Below, in pieces: positions 35,419 to 48,460 of a stretch of 64,000 nt of DNA. The position numbers and the translations under genes were made by a program. The stretch is from Rhizodiscina lignyota (Eukaryota). The notes beneath the pieces are model-generated. The model ran no database searches and was not told the DNA's origin. It saw only the letters and a list, made by a program, of their open reading frames with translations. The first letter of the stretch is position 1. Every line of letters begins with the position of its first letter. The stretch lies in NCBI GenBank assembly GCA_010015805.1, contig ML978123.1, positions 3,100,001 to 3,164,000 of the forward strand. Reading direction: 5' to 3'.

Positions 35419-38196
35419 ATGATGGCGATGATGAAGCGGTTTCTAACCCTCAGCATATTCTTAGTCCATCTCATCACCGTGGCTCAAGGCGCCGCACCAC
35501 ACAATGATACTCTAGGTATCAAAAACGGATATCTCTCTTTCGAAACGAAGGATTTCTACGTGCAACTCGTCAAAGACGCTCAAGTTCTTGCGTCCCTTGT
35601 TCCAAAATCTGCGGCACCGTTCGACTTTGCCCCCTTTGACTTTCTCCCTAGGCGAGCGGCCGATGGAAATTATCACACTGGAGATCTGATCGTTCGGTGG
35701 AGAGGATCGCGAGACTCAAAATGGCTTGAGCAAAATACTGCATGGACAAGGAAAGCTGTAGCAGCACTGAATCCTCCAGACAAAGCCACATTTGCGGCTG
35801 CGAACCTGGGACCGACTTTCAATGCCTCGATTCCCTTCAGCTTAACCAGGACATGGAGCAGGACTGATGCAGGGGACTTGAGCATGTCATTTTCGATAAA
35901 GAATACACAGAACTCAGCCTTGGAAATCGGAAGTGTCGGCTTCCCAGCCGAATTCAACTCAATCTTCACAGGGCTGGCTGCAGAGGACATACAGGCCAAT
36001 TGTTCTTTGACAGATCCGAATATTGGGCTGAATGGTGGCTATCTGCGGGTCACTCGAGTCAATGGATCGCCTCCTGCACTTGTTGTTACGCCGTTGAACG
36101 ATGATAGCAAGTTTGAGGGCTGGGACTTTCTCACCGAGAATGGGTCCGTTGGTGTTCAATCTGGTTACCAGACCTCCGACTTTGAGGGACTTTATCAATG
36201 GATGGTACATACTCGCGCCTACGCTGAACAAGAATGGAATGCCACGATCCCTTGGAATACACCAACGTCGCGAACTTTGAAACCAGGAGAGGCTTTTACT
36301 GTTGGCTTAGTATTCAAGATGGCAAGCCAAATTGATCAGATTGAAGACACACTGAGGAAGACAGGCAGCCCAGTAGCCGTTGGAATTCCGGGCTACATTA
36401 TTCCTCAAGACATGGAAGCGCAACTTCTTATCGATGCTACCGCTGCGATTTCATCAATCTCTACAAAGCCAAAGGGTGCTTTCAAGACCCAGCTTCGATC
36501 GGGGAAAGCTCTTTCGTTGACACCAAGCCCGACTGCATTCGGACGCGTGCGACTCAATATCAAGTACAGCGATGGGAAAGAGCAGTCGATCCACTACCAC
36601 ATTTCCAAATCCGCTCCGCAAGCTGTCCAGGACGTAGGCACATACCTCTCATCTAAACACTGGTGGACAAACGAGTCTGACCCCTTTGGTCGCGCGCCAT
36701 CATTCATGGCAGTAGACCACTCAGGCGGTATAGGGCAAAAGATCCTCCAACTAGATCGCGTTTGGCTTGCCGGTGAGTGCCACGAAGCAGGTGCTTCTTG
36801 GCTCACGGCCGCAATGAAACAGGTTGCACAACCAGTTGCGGAGGAGGTGGCAAAACTAGAAACTTTCATTCACAAGGTGTTGTGGAAGACAATCCAGCTT
36901 CGTGATAGCTATGCCGTTCGTCAAAGCATCTTCTGGTATGATCCCACACGGAAAGACTTCTGGTACGACCCGAGACTTCCGTACGAGTTGCAGACACAGA
37001 CGCACTACAGTAATAGCTGGAATGCTGCAACAGCAAATGTGACAACACGGGGTTACGGATACATCTTTCCTGCTGCGACTTACTGGGCACTGTATCGCGC
37101 TGGCAGGGCTTTCCCAGAGATGCTGAAAGAGGCACCGTGGCAGTGGTATCTCAACCAATCGTACCAGACAGTCAAATACGCGTTTGGCGTGCTTCCAAAC
37201 GGAACTCATCCCGTGGACTACTGGAACCTGGGGCTAATGGGAGAGACCATCATCGGAGAGTTATTAAAGGATTTACAGAGAGAAGATTGGACCTCGCAGG
37301 CAGACGAAGTTATTTCACTCATGAAGGCCCGATCCGACGTGTGGGAAGTGACTGCTGTTCCCTTCGGAAGTGAGCTCCACTGGGACTCAACTGGCCAAGA
37401 AGGCGTCTTCTACTGGTCCAACTACTTCGGCCGCGAAGCCACTGTCAACAAGACCATTGGCACGATCATGGGATATACACCTACTGTCAACCACTGGGGC
37501 TACAATGGGAATGCGCGCCGCTATTGGGACTTCCAGTTCGACGGCAAGATCTCGAGGATCGAGAGGCAGATACACCATTATGGGTCGGCGCTTAATTCGC
37601 TACCATTGTTGGGGTACTTCCGATCAAAGACTATGCCGTTGTACGTTCTACGTATTACATTTGGAGGGGTGTTTGCTCCGCTGTCGAATATTCAGGACGA
37701 TGGATTCGGGTCCACTGCTTTTCATTCTTGGGCGGATACGCTCGCTTGGGAAGTCTACAGCGGTGACTACGGACCTGCGTTCTTAGGGATGATGCTCGGT
37801 TCCGCGACGTATGTCGTAGACGATGGAGAGCTTAGCTTGACGGCGTTTGGGGGGCAGCTCGTCCAAGGATCGGGAAAGAGGTATACGGTGATGCCCTTCG
37901 ATGCGTTGAGGAAGAGAATATACTTCCAAGCGGAAGGATTATATGTTGAGCTAGACTACGGGGCGGTCCAAAGTGCAGAAGTGTCTTCGAAACAGCTGAA
38001 GTTGAAGCTCGTGCAGCGCCCCACGCCTGCTGCTACTGCGGCAGGCGAGGCCATTTTGTGGGTGGAGCGAACTACGGCAACTTCAATGAGTGTTAGCAGC
38101 GTCAATGTGTCTGGCAAGGCCTTGATTATGAAGCGCGGTGGCTGGGCAATACCTCTCGGAGCAGGTACAGCTTCAGTAACTCTCACACTAAAGTAG
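35419..38196 (+). CDS. Secreted DUF5695-family protein (putative glycoside hydrolase), single exon
   Basis: 925-aa ORF with signal peptide. Motifs DPFGRAPS, GLMGET, PFGSE-WDSTGQEGV, HWGYNGNARRYWDF, ERQIHHYGS-LN and YSGDYGP. Confidence 0.85.
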   Translation: MMAMMKRFLTLSIFLVHLITVAQGAAPHNDTLGIKNGYLSFETKDFYVQLVKDAQVLASLVPKSAAPFDFAPFDFLPRRAADGNYHTGDLIVRWRGSRDSKWLEQNTAWTRKAVAALNPPDKATFAAANLGPTFNASIPFSLTRTWSRTDAGDLSMSFSIKNTQNSALEIGSVGFPAEFNSIFTGLAAEDIQANCSLTDPNIGLNGGYLRVTRVNGSPPALVVTPLNDDSKFEGWDFLTENGSVGVQSGYQTSDFEGLYQWMVHTRAYAEQEWNATIPWNTPTSRTLKPGEAFTVGLVFKMASQIDQIEDTLRKTGSPVAVGIPGYIIPQDMEAQLLIDATAAISSISTKPKGAFKTQLRSGKALSLTPSPTAFGRVRLNIKYSDGKEQSIHYHISKSAPQAVQDVGTYLSSKHWWTNESDPFGRAPSFMAVDHSGGIGQKILQLDRVWLAGECHEAGASWLTAAMKQVAQPVAEEVAKLETFIHKVLWKTIQLRDSYAVRQSIFWYDPTRKDFWYDPRLPYELQTQTHYSNSWNAATANVTTRGYGYIFPAATYWALYRAGRAFPEMLKEAPWQWYLNQSYQTVKYAFGVLPNGTHPVDYWNLGLMGETIIGELLKDLQREDWTSQADEVISLMKARSDVWEVTAVPFGSELHWDSTGQEGVFYWSNYFGREATVNKTIGTIMGYTPTVNHWGYNGNARRYWDFQFDGKISRIERQIHHYGSALNSLPLLGYFRSKTMPLYVLRITFGGVFAPLSNIQDDGFGSTAFHSWADTLAWEVYSGDYGPAFLGMMLGSATYVVDDGELSLTAFGGQLVQGSGKRYTVMPFDALRKRIYFQAEGLYVELDYGAVQSAEVSSKQLKLKLVQRPTPAATAAGEAILWVERTTATSMSVSSVNVSGKALIMKRGGWAIPLGAGTASVTLTLK

Positions 38197-39391
38197 AGAG
38201 CGGTATGTCAATTGATTTCTTTTGCTGAGTGTGTGGCGAATGCGATATGAAGATCTTCTCGAGTATACAGAAATATCTCGATTCAAAAGCCAAGTGATTC
38301 GTATACTGTGTCATGCTTGAAGACGGTACAGAACGGCGTCCGGTAAGATTGTCTCATAGATCTTGCACATATTTGCATTTGCGGCCACAATGTTGGCTGC
38401 GTTAGCGAAGGACACTCAACGAAATCTTAAATCCAAACAGAAATAACATCTACCGATGCGGTTAGAGCATACGATCAAGCCAATGGGAATTGTATTCGCC
38501 ACATCAGAAGGTTAGAGACTTACGCGGCACCAACGCTCATTGGCCATCTCGGAGCATCGCGTCCAGGATAACGGCCGCCACAAGCTCGAGACGACGGCGA
38601 GGGACTTGGGAATCCAAAGTTATCTCTCCTTCTCAAAGATGAGAGGTCAGAGGAACGATACTGTATCTGTCTGAGTGTCATATTGTTGTATGCGAGTTGC
38701 AAACCCAATTTTGGCATTGCGGTTTCGGTTTGTGTATCTCAAAGTTGCTCGTTTCGCCAAGAGAGGCAAAACATGGTCTCCAAAGAGAGCTAATGCCTAA
38801 CGCACCTTCTCATGCATCCGACGGTATCTAACGCAAAATAGAATTGGAAGAGCTCTATTAGAGAGCACAGAACTGAGAGAGTTGGTGAAGAAATACACCT
38901 TACCTCTCAATTTGTGGGTCTCCGTTCCAATGATTCCATCAGTTTAGATATTATAACCTACCGAATGCAGCCCTCAAGTGGCGTTTAGGAGTTAGTTCTC
39001 CGAATGAAGTATGACACCAGCTGTTTAACGTTACACTGTCTTACAGTAACCCTCGCTATAAGATTCGACTTGTTGTATCGTCGTCATTATGTAGATCAAT
39101 TGCTGGCAAAGGCAACACCCAGGGAGATGATAGAAGACCACTGCTCGCGATTAGCATCAGCTTGTGGTCTTCGGCCCCACTAGCTCCCTATTAACGAGAC
39201 GCCACTGGGCCACCAATTCATCCGGAGATGTGTCAACTTTCTTCTAATATTAATCGCCGGTTGTCCTTTACTTTGTGAGAAATTAACCCAGTTGAATGAA
39301 CTCGTTTTCATGTCTAGTCCTCTCAGTTCTGTGGATTTTAGCAAATCCTCAAGAATAACACTCCGTCGCACTCTCCAAGGACATTAGCAGC

Positions 39392-41154
39392 ATGTTGCCT
39401 GCACAAGACGTCCAGCCCGCTTCTGTCAGTGTCGCAGAAAAGGAGCCTCAGCACCCGGATGACAATGATGAGAAGAACATCGTTGATTCGCCAACGGTCG
39501 AGTCACAAAAGCCGGAAGGGACAACCGACCTCAGCGAATTCCCGGAAGGCGGAACAAAGGCTTGGATAGTGTTGTTTGGCTGCTTCTGTATTTCGTATGC
39601 CACGGAGTCTGTGAGGTTGCAGCTAGCGCTAACTCATTCTCAGGTATTCCACATTTGGATGGCCGTTTGGTACACATATCGTTACAGTCGCGTCTACGTT
39701 AGAATGTTAATGCTTTGCAGCTATCGGGGTGTTTCAGAACTACTATGAGCGTAACCAATTACGCGGAGAATCGAGAACCTCGATTTCAGTCATTCAGGGT
39801 CTTGAGCCGTTCTTTCTATTCTTCCTTGTAAGGATGCATATCATTTTCGTGGCCTAGAGCTGATGCAGTCCCAGGGACTGCCTGTGGGTGCGCTGTACAG
39901 TCGTTTCGGCCCGCGGCCATTGATCTGGATCGGGACCTTTCTCCATGTCTTCGGTATTATGATGGCGTCACTGTCGAGAAAGGAGTACCAGCTGGTGCTT
40001 TCGCAAGGCATCTGGTCTCCAATAGGACTTGCGATGTGTTACCATGCAGGTGTGGCAAGCTGACCATGGGGGATGATGAGATATCTAACAGCTAGCAGCG
40101 GTGCAGACCTTAGCAACTTGGTTCCTGGAGAAGAGAGCCCTCGCAACTGGGTTGTTCATGATTGGATCGTCTATTGCTGGTAAGTGTGCGACAGCTTAAT
40201 GAAGACTGCTACTGATTGTGAAAGGGATGATCAATCCCATTGTTGTCTCCAATGTGCTTCGCGAATCTGGATTCCCGTGGGCAATGAGATCAGCCGGTTT
40301 CTTAGTATTATTCATGTTAGTAAGTCAAAGTCACCAGCGGTTCCACGAGAAAGCTAGATTGTTGATAATCGTTCCAGCTCATCGGCTGCGTCACTGTGCG
40401 CTCTCGTATTCCTCCAAACCCAGTTCGAGTCACCGGTGCCGACCTGGCAAAGCCGTTCAAAGATCCAGTCTGGGTCGTTCTGGCCTTTGCGATCGCGGTA
40501 TTCATGTTGGTCTTCTGGATTCCGTACAACTATCTAGTTGTCGAGGCCACAAGCGATGGAGTGTCGGAGCGATTGGCGGGATACTTGTTGACAATTTTGA
40601 ACGCTGCAGGGTTTGTAGGCCATTCGGGATGCAGCCTAACTGTGCTTACGCGAACAGTTTGCCATTTCGACTCGTCTTCGGAAAATTAGCTGATCGATTT
40701 GGTCGCTTCAACGTTACAATATTCTGCAACATCCTTTGTGGAATTATGAGCTTGGCGTTGTGGATTCCTGCCAACTCGAACACACCGCTCATAGTATTCG
40801 CAGTGTTTTACGGTATCTTCTCGAGCGGCTGGCTGGTAAACGTGAGTATATGCGCGGCCTGATCCATGCCTCCATATAAGTATGATTGACTCTCCAATCT
40901 CACAGGCGCCAGTCTGTGTCATGCAGATAACACCGGACATTCGCGAGCTGCCCATCAGGTTAGGAATGATGTTTCTCGTTGGCAGCACGACAATCATCGT
41001 TAGCCTTCCCATAGCCGGTCAAATCATTTCAGACAACAACGGAAGCTATTGGGGTCTCAAGGTATATACTGGCGTGATTAGTCTCCTTGCGGCAGCGATT
41101 ATGATTGCTGCGAGAACTCTGCATGTGGGTTGGAAGATTTTCGTCAAAGTTTAA
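39392..41154 (+). CDS. MFS monocarboxylate-transporter-like (MCT/Mch) permease, many introns
   Basis: FPEGGTKAW, GVFQNYY, GALYSRFGPRPL, TWFLEKRALATG and GKLADRFGRFN motifs with multiple TM segments. Confidence 0.9.
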
Positions 41155-41628
41155 GAAGAAGAGGTGACCGGGACACTTGGACTAAGAGTAAATAGAGAAG
41201 CATGGGATTGATATAAATGAGAATTGATTTTTTTCTCATCAGACTCTTGAGAACAAAGCATGACACGTAGCAAAGGAGATTGAATGATCAAGCACGTCGA
41301 GAGCAGTTTGAGGCCGAAGGATAATACGATGGTTGAACCTTGGTTTACGCGCAGTATAATTAATAGAACTGAGTTCAATCAATCTCGTCAATACAATGTT
41401 CACATAATAATCGAATAATACTAACATCGTCCTCAAATACGTGGACAGAGCATCGATGTGGCTGAACGTCTCCTTCAACGCGGCAAGGCGGGAGGGGCGC
41501 TTTGCCAAAAAGGGTCTGGTGCCATCGCGTCGACGCGTCTTCCCGTGCGGCTCTTGTCTGATAGATCGTAGCATTCTGTCCCGCACAATTTCAATTCCAC
41601 CATCATTCTCATCTTGCATCTTTACATT

Positions 41629-43094
41629 ATGCCGGATATAAAGGCGCAGCTTGCATCATTAAAAGATGAACTCAAGGTGTGGGAGAAGAACTTCGCCAAT
41701 GCGAATGGAGGCCGCAAGCCCACGAAGGGCGACATCAAGGCCGACCCCGCGATAGGTACACTTACTCCCATATATACGATAGGACGTTTGCTAAGTCCCT
41801 ATCAGCCCAGAAATACAAGGAGTATAATAAGTTGCGAGACCCAAAAATATCTCAGCCGGAACAAGAAACACCGAAGAAGCGCAAGTCTTCGTCTAATCGG
41901 TTCGAATTCGAAACCCCACGACGAAAGGTATCTAAAGGATCGCCGATCCCCGAAGCGAAAGACAAAGAGAACGATCCTGCTCCTGATGGTTCCCACTTCC
42001 TCAGTCCTACAAAATCCTCTCCTGTCACTGCCATTGGACCAACGCCACAGAAAGACGGCGCAGTACTAGGCCTATTCGATAATATACCCTCCACCACACC
42101 GCGTAAACAGACGCGGACAATCCTCAGCGAAGTTACTGGTAATATTGCACAAACCCCAAGCAGAAAGCCAGCAGTCGTAGACGAGCACACTCCGCAGATC
42201 ATAAGAAAGCGAAGCCGCACCCCCATATCCACAGGGAAGCGCTTCCTTCTCGATACGTTCGCTACACCAACTAAACGGAAGCTCGATGGCGACGATGGCA
42301 CGCCGAATTCGTCGAAGAGACTCAAGACTCCAAGCTTCCTGAGACGATGTTCGGTGACACTGGATACAGTGGCGGAGGAGGAGCAGGAGATTGCAGTGGC
42401 CCGGCCGTGGCAGCGACGGAGCTTTGGCAGGAGCTTGAGCAGCATGATACAAGAGATGCGGAAGAAGGAAGATGATCAATTCGAAGATGAATTGGAGGTG
42501 ATGCGGGAAATGGAGGATGGATTTAACCCAACGGCCGCGACTAAGATTGGTGCCTCCGACGGTCTGCTTCTCGGCGAGGAGAGCGACAACAAGACACCAA
42601 TAACCACAGAGGGGGCCGGTGGACCGGAGAAAGCAGATACAGCGCGAAAGCCATTCAAGAAGAAGGGTCAAAAGCGACAGACCAGGAGAGTTATCAGTGA
42701 GTCTATGTCGAAGCAGATGGCCAACTGCCTACTAACAGCATCATCAGTGCGCCCAGTACGGACTCGACCAGAAAAGAAGCCAGAAGCACGAGACCATAAT
42801 GAGAGTGATGAAGATGATTACGCCAAGCCTGTCAATGCTACGGAGAAAGACGAATCGGATTATGGAAGCTTCGTTGATGACGATAGTGCCTCATCTGGTG
42901 ATGAACGCAGGAGGGAGCAGCAGTCGAAGAAAACGAAGGGGAAGGAAACGAAGGAGAAGGAAACGAAGGAGAAGGAAGCAAGGGGTAAAAAGAAGATCAA
43001 TCCGAACGCCACAGCGCACGCAAACTTCAGGTCCCTGAAGATCAAGAATAAAAACTCGAAAGCCAAAGGACGCGGAAGGATGGGCCGGCGTTGA
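41629..43094 (+). CDS. SLD2: DNA replication regulator Sld2/Drc1
   Basis: LKDELKVWEKNFANANGGRKPTKGDIK, IGPTPQKDG-VLGLFD, many S/T-P CDK sites, KKKGQKRQTRRV and AHANFRSLKIKNK. Two introns. Confidence 0.9.
42943..42977 (+). repeat. 15-bp coding tandem repeat (GGAAACGAAGGAGAA x2+) encoding KETKE repeats in Sld2
   Basis: ggaaacgaaggagaa ggaaacgaaggagaa ggaag read directly. Confidence 0.75.
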
Positions 43095-43413
43095 TGGCTT
43101 GGTCGGCCTTGAACGTTGCAACACTGCAATGGAATATCAAATAGCAATGTGCTCCTACGGATTAGGACAAAAATGTCTCAGTTTCATGTCCTTTCGAGGA
43201 ACCTCTCTCTATACATCATATCTTACCACGACGTCGTAGCGCCGTATGCGCTAGAGTGTCCGAAGTATGCTCCTAGTTGTGTAGTGATACATATATGTAG
43301 GACCGTACGCCTCGCAATGCCTCGTCAAAATGCCAAATGGTCTCGAGGCCCATCCCGCCTCTTCAATGCTCTTTGCTCTATTCACCGATGCGCTCAACCG
43401 AATCAGATCGTCC

Positions 43414-44122
43414 TCAAGGTACGACGCCGATGCCTATACTGCCAGCCTGTGCCACCACGCTCCGACACAAGCCCTCCAAACTCAAACCACTTAACCGCGT
43501 CTCTTGCTGCTTAATCTTCGCAATCTCATAGACATGCTTCAAGCTGACAGTCCCCAACATCGATATACCGGAATTCCCGTTGACGGCGGTCTGTCCTGCA
43601 GCCTTTCCAGTAGGCCCTTTCGTGCCATCACCGTATGCCTGGGCGGCTTCCTTATTACGATTGGGGCCAGGCACATTGCCCGCACCGCGCACGCGGTTCT
43701 TCTTCACGCCCACGCTAGCGGCAGCAAAGAGTAATGTAGCGGTGGGGGGAGTACGCAGTTCGAAGTGGAAGGAGCGGTCCGGACGGACAGTGACGCGCGC
43801 AGGGATAGGTGTGCCAGTTGTGTAATGAGTTGTACGGGCGTTAAACTCCTGCGGTCACCATCAGCGACAATTCCACTACAAATACGAGACAACAGTTTAG
43901 AAAGCACAGCACTTTAGGACACTGATAAGAGAAGTGAAGCCGATTGAGGAAGAATGCGCGCGATTGGAAAATGCGGTCATTAGTCAGACTCACTTTGCAG
44001 AAGTCCATGCTCTTGACGCCTTTGCTTCCCAGCGCAGGACCGACTGGAGGCGAGGGCGAGGCTTGTCCAGCTCCGACGATGAGCTTGACAATGACCTCTT
44101 TGGCCATCACTTTGCGCGACAT
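43414..44122 (-). CDS. MRPL19: Mitochondrial ribosomal protein uL11m
   Basis: [38 protein letters not shown]...[13 protein letters not shown]; one intron. Confidence 0.95.
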
Positions 44123-44924
44123 CTTGATTGATGTGCTGCGCGGGGCAGGCTATTCTGGAAGTTGAATGCGACAGAAGAAAAAGTTGAGACGGGAGCTTGA
44201 ACGTAGGATAAAGGTGAGATCGTTCGGCAATCTCCGAAGCGAGCGTCAAGACACTAGGTAATCTTACGTCGCCAGCGAGGGTCCTTGGGGTGTCTTCCTT
44301 CTCGGCAATAGGTACGCTTGAACCGCTTGTTCCTTTTCCAAATATATTATAAGATTTAGACAAATCCTATCACCCTGTTCCCTATCGTGTGTGGAATTCA
44401 CGGCTTTTACTGGCGACATCGTGAACATCTCCGATGATTCAGCTGACTCCTTGTCTTCCGTGTCCTCCATCAGTTTCTCGCAATTTGTGAGATAACCAGG
44501 AAACGCCCAACACTCCCGCTTTCTATCATATTGCCCTTCGCCATTATTTGTTACGTAGTTGCTGTTTCGTTCAATTTGGTTAATGCTGCGCTTTGATACA
44601 CTTAACATCAGTTTTAGACCGGGATCGCAATCACGTCCCGACATGGCATCTTTGGAGATGCGCAGAGCGTAGTCTTGTGCAGATTCCCCAAAGATTCAAT
44701 CAGTCCTAAGGCGTAAGTACTCATGTCGAGCCTCAGGCGTGGTGTACGAGTTCAATTCGGAAAGCCGATATTTACAGTCTGCGATTTTGTTTTGTAGGGA
44801 GTATTTGCAAAACATCTTACGATGACATGACGGAGCACTCGATCTCACATGCCAAGCATTCATCTCATCATCAGATCTATCTCACACCTCATTCATAAGG
44901 CTGTAATGCTGAGACGGGGTGGCA

Positions 44925-44932
44925 TATATAAA
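44925..44932 (+). promoter_or_regulatory. TATA box upstream of the small Cys-rich peptide gene
   Basis: TATATAAA about 130 bp upstream of the ATG at 45058. Confidence 0.5.
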
Positions 44933-45057
44933 CAGTACTGTGGGTGCGGCCGGCGGCCGCGCTGCGGCGTATATACTCACGACTCCAGCTATTATCATTC
45001 TTCACTCTCTCCTTCTAGTATCCAGACATAGTTTCCTCAATCCTCATTTCCATCAAC

Positions 45058-45258
45058 ATGCAATTCTCCTCCATCGCCGCCTTCATGAGCGTCCTGCTCG
45101 CAGTAGCCGTTACCGCCGAGCCGGTCTTCAACACCGGCCGTACTATCTTACCACGCCGCAATCTCGGCAAGAGAGTCGTAGTCTGCCCCATCGGGCCCAA
45201 CAGCGAAGAAATATGCTCTAGCATGATGTGCTGCCTCGAATCATGCTGTAACGAGTAG
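45058..45258 (+). CDS. Small secreted cysteine-rich prepropeptide (66 aa)
   Basis: Signal peptide MQFSSIAAFMSVLLAVAVTA, propeptide ending KR, and mature part VVVCPIGPNSEEICSSMMCCLESCCNE with 6 Cys. Confidence 0.7.
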   Translation: MQFSSIAAFMSVLLAVAVTAEPVFNTGRTILPRRNLGKRVVVCPIGPNSEEICSSMMCCLESCCNE

Positions 45259-46218
45259 ATAGAGGGAAGATTGTTGGGAAGATGGAATGAACCAGGCCAA
45301 CAAGACGAAATGAGATTGTAGAGAGTTGCGTGGCTGCTTTGCCCCATGCTTTACCGCATCTGCGTACAGCATTTGAGATCAGTTGCTTGTCATGAGATCA
45401 TGAGTCTTATGAAAGGGATTGGAGGGGACCTGGAACGACCGCTGTATGCTTCAGATCAACTAAAGGGTCAGGATTGGATTAGCGTAAACTCTCAGTTTTA
45501 CAGCAAAATAATACATTTGCTCCTGAATTAAGTCACTAATAATCGGAGCAATCAAATAAGAACCACAATCTTTCATAAGATTAAAGTTCCATTCTAATTG
45601 TCATTGGGATGGAGGAGCCCGGAAAACGCCGCGGCCCTGACTTCAACTTCAATTCCTCGCTCTCTCACCGCCGAATCAAAATTGACATGCCGCTGCTTTC
45701 GCACCTCGTCGGCATCATTCGTCACCCCCGCCGGGCGGATACGCATACCCCAGATTAAGCTTGAGCTAGCGACGACCCCAGATTCTTAGATCGCCGACCA
45801 AGAACGGGAGATATGAGCCAAAGGATAAGTAGTTCCAGTCTTAGTAGTGCTTAGTCGAATTCGCGTAGACTTCTTCGTCAGCTGTTCAATTATCGGTTGG
45901 AAAAAGGATGTTCATTTTCCGCTCTCCACTCGCCCGTTATTTGATCACTTCCCATCCTATTATCAGGCATCTTTACCATTTTCGGCCATGTCGGTGGCTG
46001 GTCTAGATTTCGCTAAGTTGAGCGACGGTGAGCCTCGTTTAGAGAGCATTGTTTTCTCGTCGGAATTTTTTATCCAATGCCATGGGCTTTGAGAATATAA
46101 TGATTTGGCAGCCTCGCACGCGTTACGTGTGCAAGAGCTACTGTCACTTATAGTCTCAATTTTTCTTCAAGAAAAAGAACTGGCCTCGGAATTCAGGTCC
46201 AAAGACAACACGATCACC

Positions 46219-48318
46219 ATGTCTGTTGACAAGACCGCTCACGTCGAGCATACCGATGACGGCTTAACCAGGCACGACTTGGACACGGAGGATGTCAGGG
46301 GCCGTGACTTCACCGTCGAGGCATCGAATCTGCCACCGGGCTATTTCCGAAGTCTGACGTTTCTTGGCTCCATGTTTGCCATCGGCGCCAGTTTTGCAGC
46401 AGGCGTGGGTGGGTTCTCCTTTGCGGCTCCAATTCTCGCTCAGATCAATGCGGATATCGGTCCTGACGCCAATCTGACTTGGGTCGCGCTGAGCTACCTT
46501 TTAACTACTTCAATCGGCATGATTTTCGTCGGTCGCGTTACGGATATTTTTGGTCGGAGATGGTTCTTCATCACTGGAAATTCCATTGGCCTCTTGGGAA
46601 GTATTGTCTGTGCAACAGCGCCGAATATTCCTGCTCTCATTGCAGGCGAGACCTTAATTGGTGTTGGAGCCTCAGTCCAACTGTCGTATGCCTGTTTGTG
46701 CCCTTTATCAACTTACTCCTGGACTTAACTGATCTGGCAATAGTCGCTGTTGGTGAGATTGTCCCAACGAAGTGGAGATTCCTTGCACAAGCATTCGTGT
46801 ACAGCTTCCAAGTCTGCCCCAAAGACGGCATCCAAACTAATAGCCGACAGGTTTTCATGGGCAATCCCGACGAGTGGGTTTGCGGCAGCCATTGCATATG
46901 CATTCTTGCAGACCAACGCGGGTTGGAGAGGGTGAGCCTAATCCTGGAACGCTGTGAGAAGCCACCACTAAATAGAATACAGCATCTACTACCTCCTAAT
47001 TGCCCTTAATGCTATGACCACTGCTGCATGGTATCTCTTCTATCGACCTCCTTCATTTGAGATGAAGCATGGCAGAGGCCGCAAGCTGCAGTTCCTCAAG
47101 GATTTCGACTATGTAAGACTTACCTCGCCGAACTCCTTGAGCATGTATGATCTGACTTTCGCAGATCGGTACCCTAATGGTTACCCTCGGCCTTATGCTC
47201 TTCCTCATGGGCATCTCTTGGGGTGGCGTCCTGCACCCTTGGAAATCTGGCCATGTTATCGGCACCATCGTGTCCGGAGCCATTCTCCTGATCGGATTCT
47301 TCTTCTACGAGGCATATATGCCACTTAAGGAGCCGCTAATGCCCGTCCGGTTGTGGCGTAACAAGGGATGGTCAGTCATTATCATCTTGTGGTCACTCGG
47401 TGCGGCCGTGTACTACGCTTTAGCAATCCTGTGGCCGAGTATGGCTGCTGTCCTGTATGCTGGCACCCATGGGACCAGTTGGATTGGCGTGTTCAGTTCC
47501 ATCTCTAGCTGCGGTATACTCTTTGGTGAATTTTGCGGCTGCCCCTGGAAGCGTTGGACACATTGGCAGATCAGAGCTGTCTTTACCATCGGGAGTATCT
47601 TCCTCGCATGTGAGCCTTCCATGAAGTGCTAAGATTTAAAATTCATCATTAACATTCTCTAGGCATGGCAACCTGCGATCCGGATACTCCAGTTCGAGCT
47701 GCAATCTTTGTTTTCCTCGCTGCCTTGTTCATCGGCTGGAACGAGATCCTCTGCTCAACGGTCTCAACCATCTGCATCGACGATCAGCGTGAAATCGGAA
47801 CAGCCACGGGCGTTGGTGGCTCGTCACGCTCGTTCATTTCCACAATTTGTTCCACGTATGTCTTTCCACCCCTTCATCGCTTCCACCGCGAATATAAAAT
47901 GCTAACGGCCATGACCAGCGTCTACACCGTCATCCTCTCCAACCGCCTCGCCCAAACAATCCCCGCACAAGTCCCTCCCGCCCTCGTCGCCGCCGGCCTG
48001 CCGACCTCTTCAGTTGCCGACTTCCTCACCGCGATCGCTGCCGGCACACCTGCCGCGTGGTCTGCTGTGAAGGGACTCACGCCTCAAATCCAAGCTATAG
48101 GGGTGCGCGCGTATCAACAGGCTAACTCCGACGCGTATAAGACAGTGTTCTTGAGCACGATTGCGTTCTCAGGGATCGGGGTGATCCTGTCGATCTTCTG
48201 TCCCAATGTGGACCATTTGCTCAGCAGTGATGTGGCGGTTACGCTGAGAGAAAGGGGCACGGAGAGGGTAGTTGGGGAAGGGAAGGAGGGGGCGGTGGAG
48301 GAGGAGAAGGCTGTCTAG
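46219..48318 (+). CDS. MFS transporter of the Tri12 / fungal efflux (siderophore-transporter-like) type, multi-exon
   Basis: LPPGYFRS-FLGS, INADIGP, GRVTDIFGRRWF, FYRPPSF-MKH, DQREIGTA-G and AYKTVFLSTIAF motifs. Confidence 0.9.
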
Positions 48319-48460
48319 AGGAGACATGCATGACGGAATAGTGCTTTTGTATCATGTATTGTCCGTCGTCTTCCCTGTGGTCCCGCTTTGGATATCATAG
48401 TCATAATGAACCACTTGAAGCTACATCCACTGTCTCCAGCTGCATGTAAACCGTCAGAGA

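Noticed and set aside
45058..48318. RiPP-type cluster (peptide plus MFS exporter)
   Set aside because: The precursor has no repeated cores and there is no DUF3328/UstYa or other modifying enzyme nearby; the peptide has its own secretion signal.
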